A stretch of 19,599 nucleotides of DNA, taken from NCBI GenBank assembly GCA_016839445.1, contig JAEOUG010000042.1:1-19599 (forward strand), written 5' to 3'. How positions within the stretch are numbered: the stretch's first letter is position 1; each line of letters starts with the position of its first letter. The DNA comes from Candidatus Thorarchaeota archaeon. GTDB lineage: Archaea > Asgardarchaeota > Thorarchaeia > Thorarchaeales > Thorarchaeaceae. Below, one piece after another: positions 19,043 through 19,599 of this stretch. The notes under the pieces are model-generated. The model saw only the letters and a program-made list of their open reading frames with translations, did no database searches and was not told the DNA's origin. The translations under genes and the position numbers were made by a program.

Positions 19043-19599
19043 TACTGTGCCCCCTGGTTTCTACCCTTCATGATATCTCGCCTACCTGCGGTTGCCCATG
19101 AGGAAGATGCACGGTCCCATTTTGATGGCGGGTAGGATGCTGTGCGTCCAGCAATCAAGTCAGCACGACCGGAATCGCCCCAAGCTTCTCCATGGACCGC
19201 AGCCCCTCTCACTGTGCCCTTGGAATTCGCCTCCATATGAAGAACAGAGGCGATGATGGCCACTTCAAGCTCAGGTGTCATCTCGCCTCGCTTCTGGCGA
19301 GCTGCCTTTCTCTTCAGAAAGTCGAGAGCATACTGAGGAAAGAGTGCGTAAGAAACCTCATCTCTTGGATGATGCGGAATATCCTTCAATGTCTCTTTGG
19401 CTGCGGGAAGCTCAGGCTCAAGAAGGTCGGCGGGTCGGCAATCCAGAGGCTCCTCGTCGCCGATAGCCATCCTCTTCACCTCTGGGTCTATCGGGGCGGG
19501 AGGTCGTCCGTAATACCCACGGACATACTGCTTGACCTCAGTCGGAATCATGCTGTACCTCTTGCCAGTTATAACATTCAGCGTGGCCTGAGTACCTAC
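19042..19599 (-). CDS. Pyruvate/oxaloacetate carboxyltransferase subunit (PycB/OadA/transcarboxylase-5S family), C-terminal part; 5'-truncated by window edge
   Basis: The frame is open to the window end and reads VGTQATLNVITGKRYSMIPTEVKQYVRGYYGRPPAP...CRPADLLEPEL...D.VSYALFPQ.A..FL, the conserved PYC_OADA domain. There is no fused biotinyl domain; an extra tail of about 80 aa follows instead. Confidence 0.92.
   Translation of the reverse strand, partial: VGTQATLNVITGKRYSMIPTEVKQYVRGYYGRPPAPIDPEVKRMAIGDEEPLDCRPADLLEPELPAAKETLKDIPHHPRDEVSYALFPQYALDFLKRKAARQKRGEMTPELEVAIIASVLHMEANSKGTVRGAAVHGEAWGDSGRADLIAGRTASYPPSKWDRASSSWATAGRRDIMKGRNQGAQ

Overview
The window looks archaeal: GGTGA/GAGG ribosome-binding sites, TATA-like boxes, archaeal-type LeuC/LeuD, and a thiolase-fold/DUF35 pair. 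Protein style suggests an Asgard (Thorarchaeia-like) or Bathyarchaeia-like genome, but that is inference only. From left to right: the 3' end of an aconitase-family large subunit and its small subunit (leuC/leuD-type), a soluble MIDAS-type vWA protein (-), a 592-aa membrane-anchored hypothetical protein (+), then a minus-strand run read right to left: pyruvate/oxaloacetate-type carboxyltransferase (5'-truncated), biotin carrier, Cys-less thiolase-fold protein, a 3953-aa giant surface protein, DUF35 Zn-ribbon/OB protein and acyl-CoA dehydrogenase. The giant protein is the main object. It has type-I membrane topology, an N-terminal tip with an A-A-core-B-B (apparently nested) layout, a three-tier super-repeat stalk of about 96-98-aa beta-rich modules, and a 264-aa acidic tail ending in two 38-aa helical repeats. 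It sits between the thiolase-fold gene and its usual DUF35 partner. Also notable are a carboxyltransferase with an AccE/PccX/BT-like tail and a eukaryote-like vWA protein. No RNA genes, CRISPR arrays or mobile-element genes were seen.
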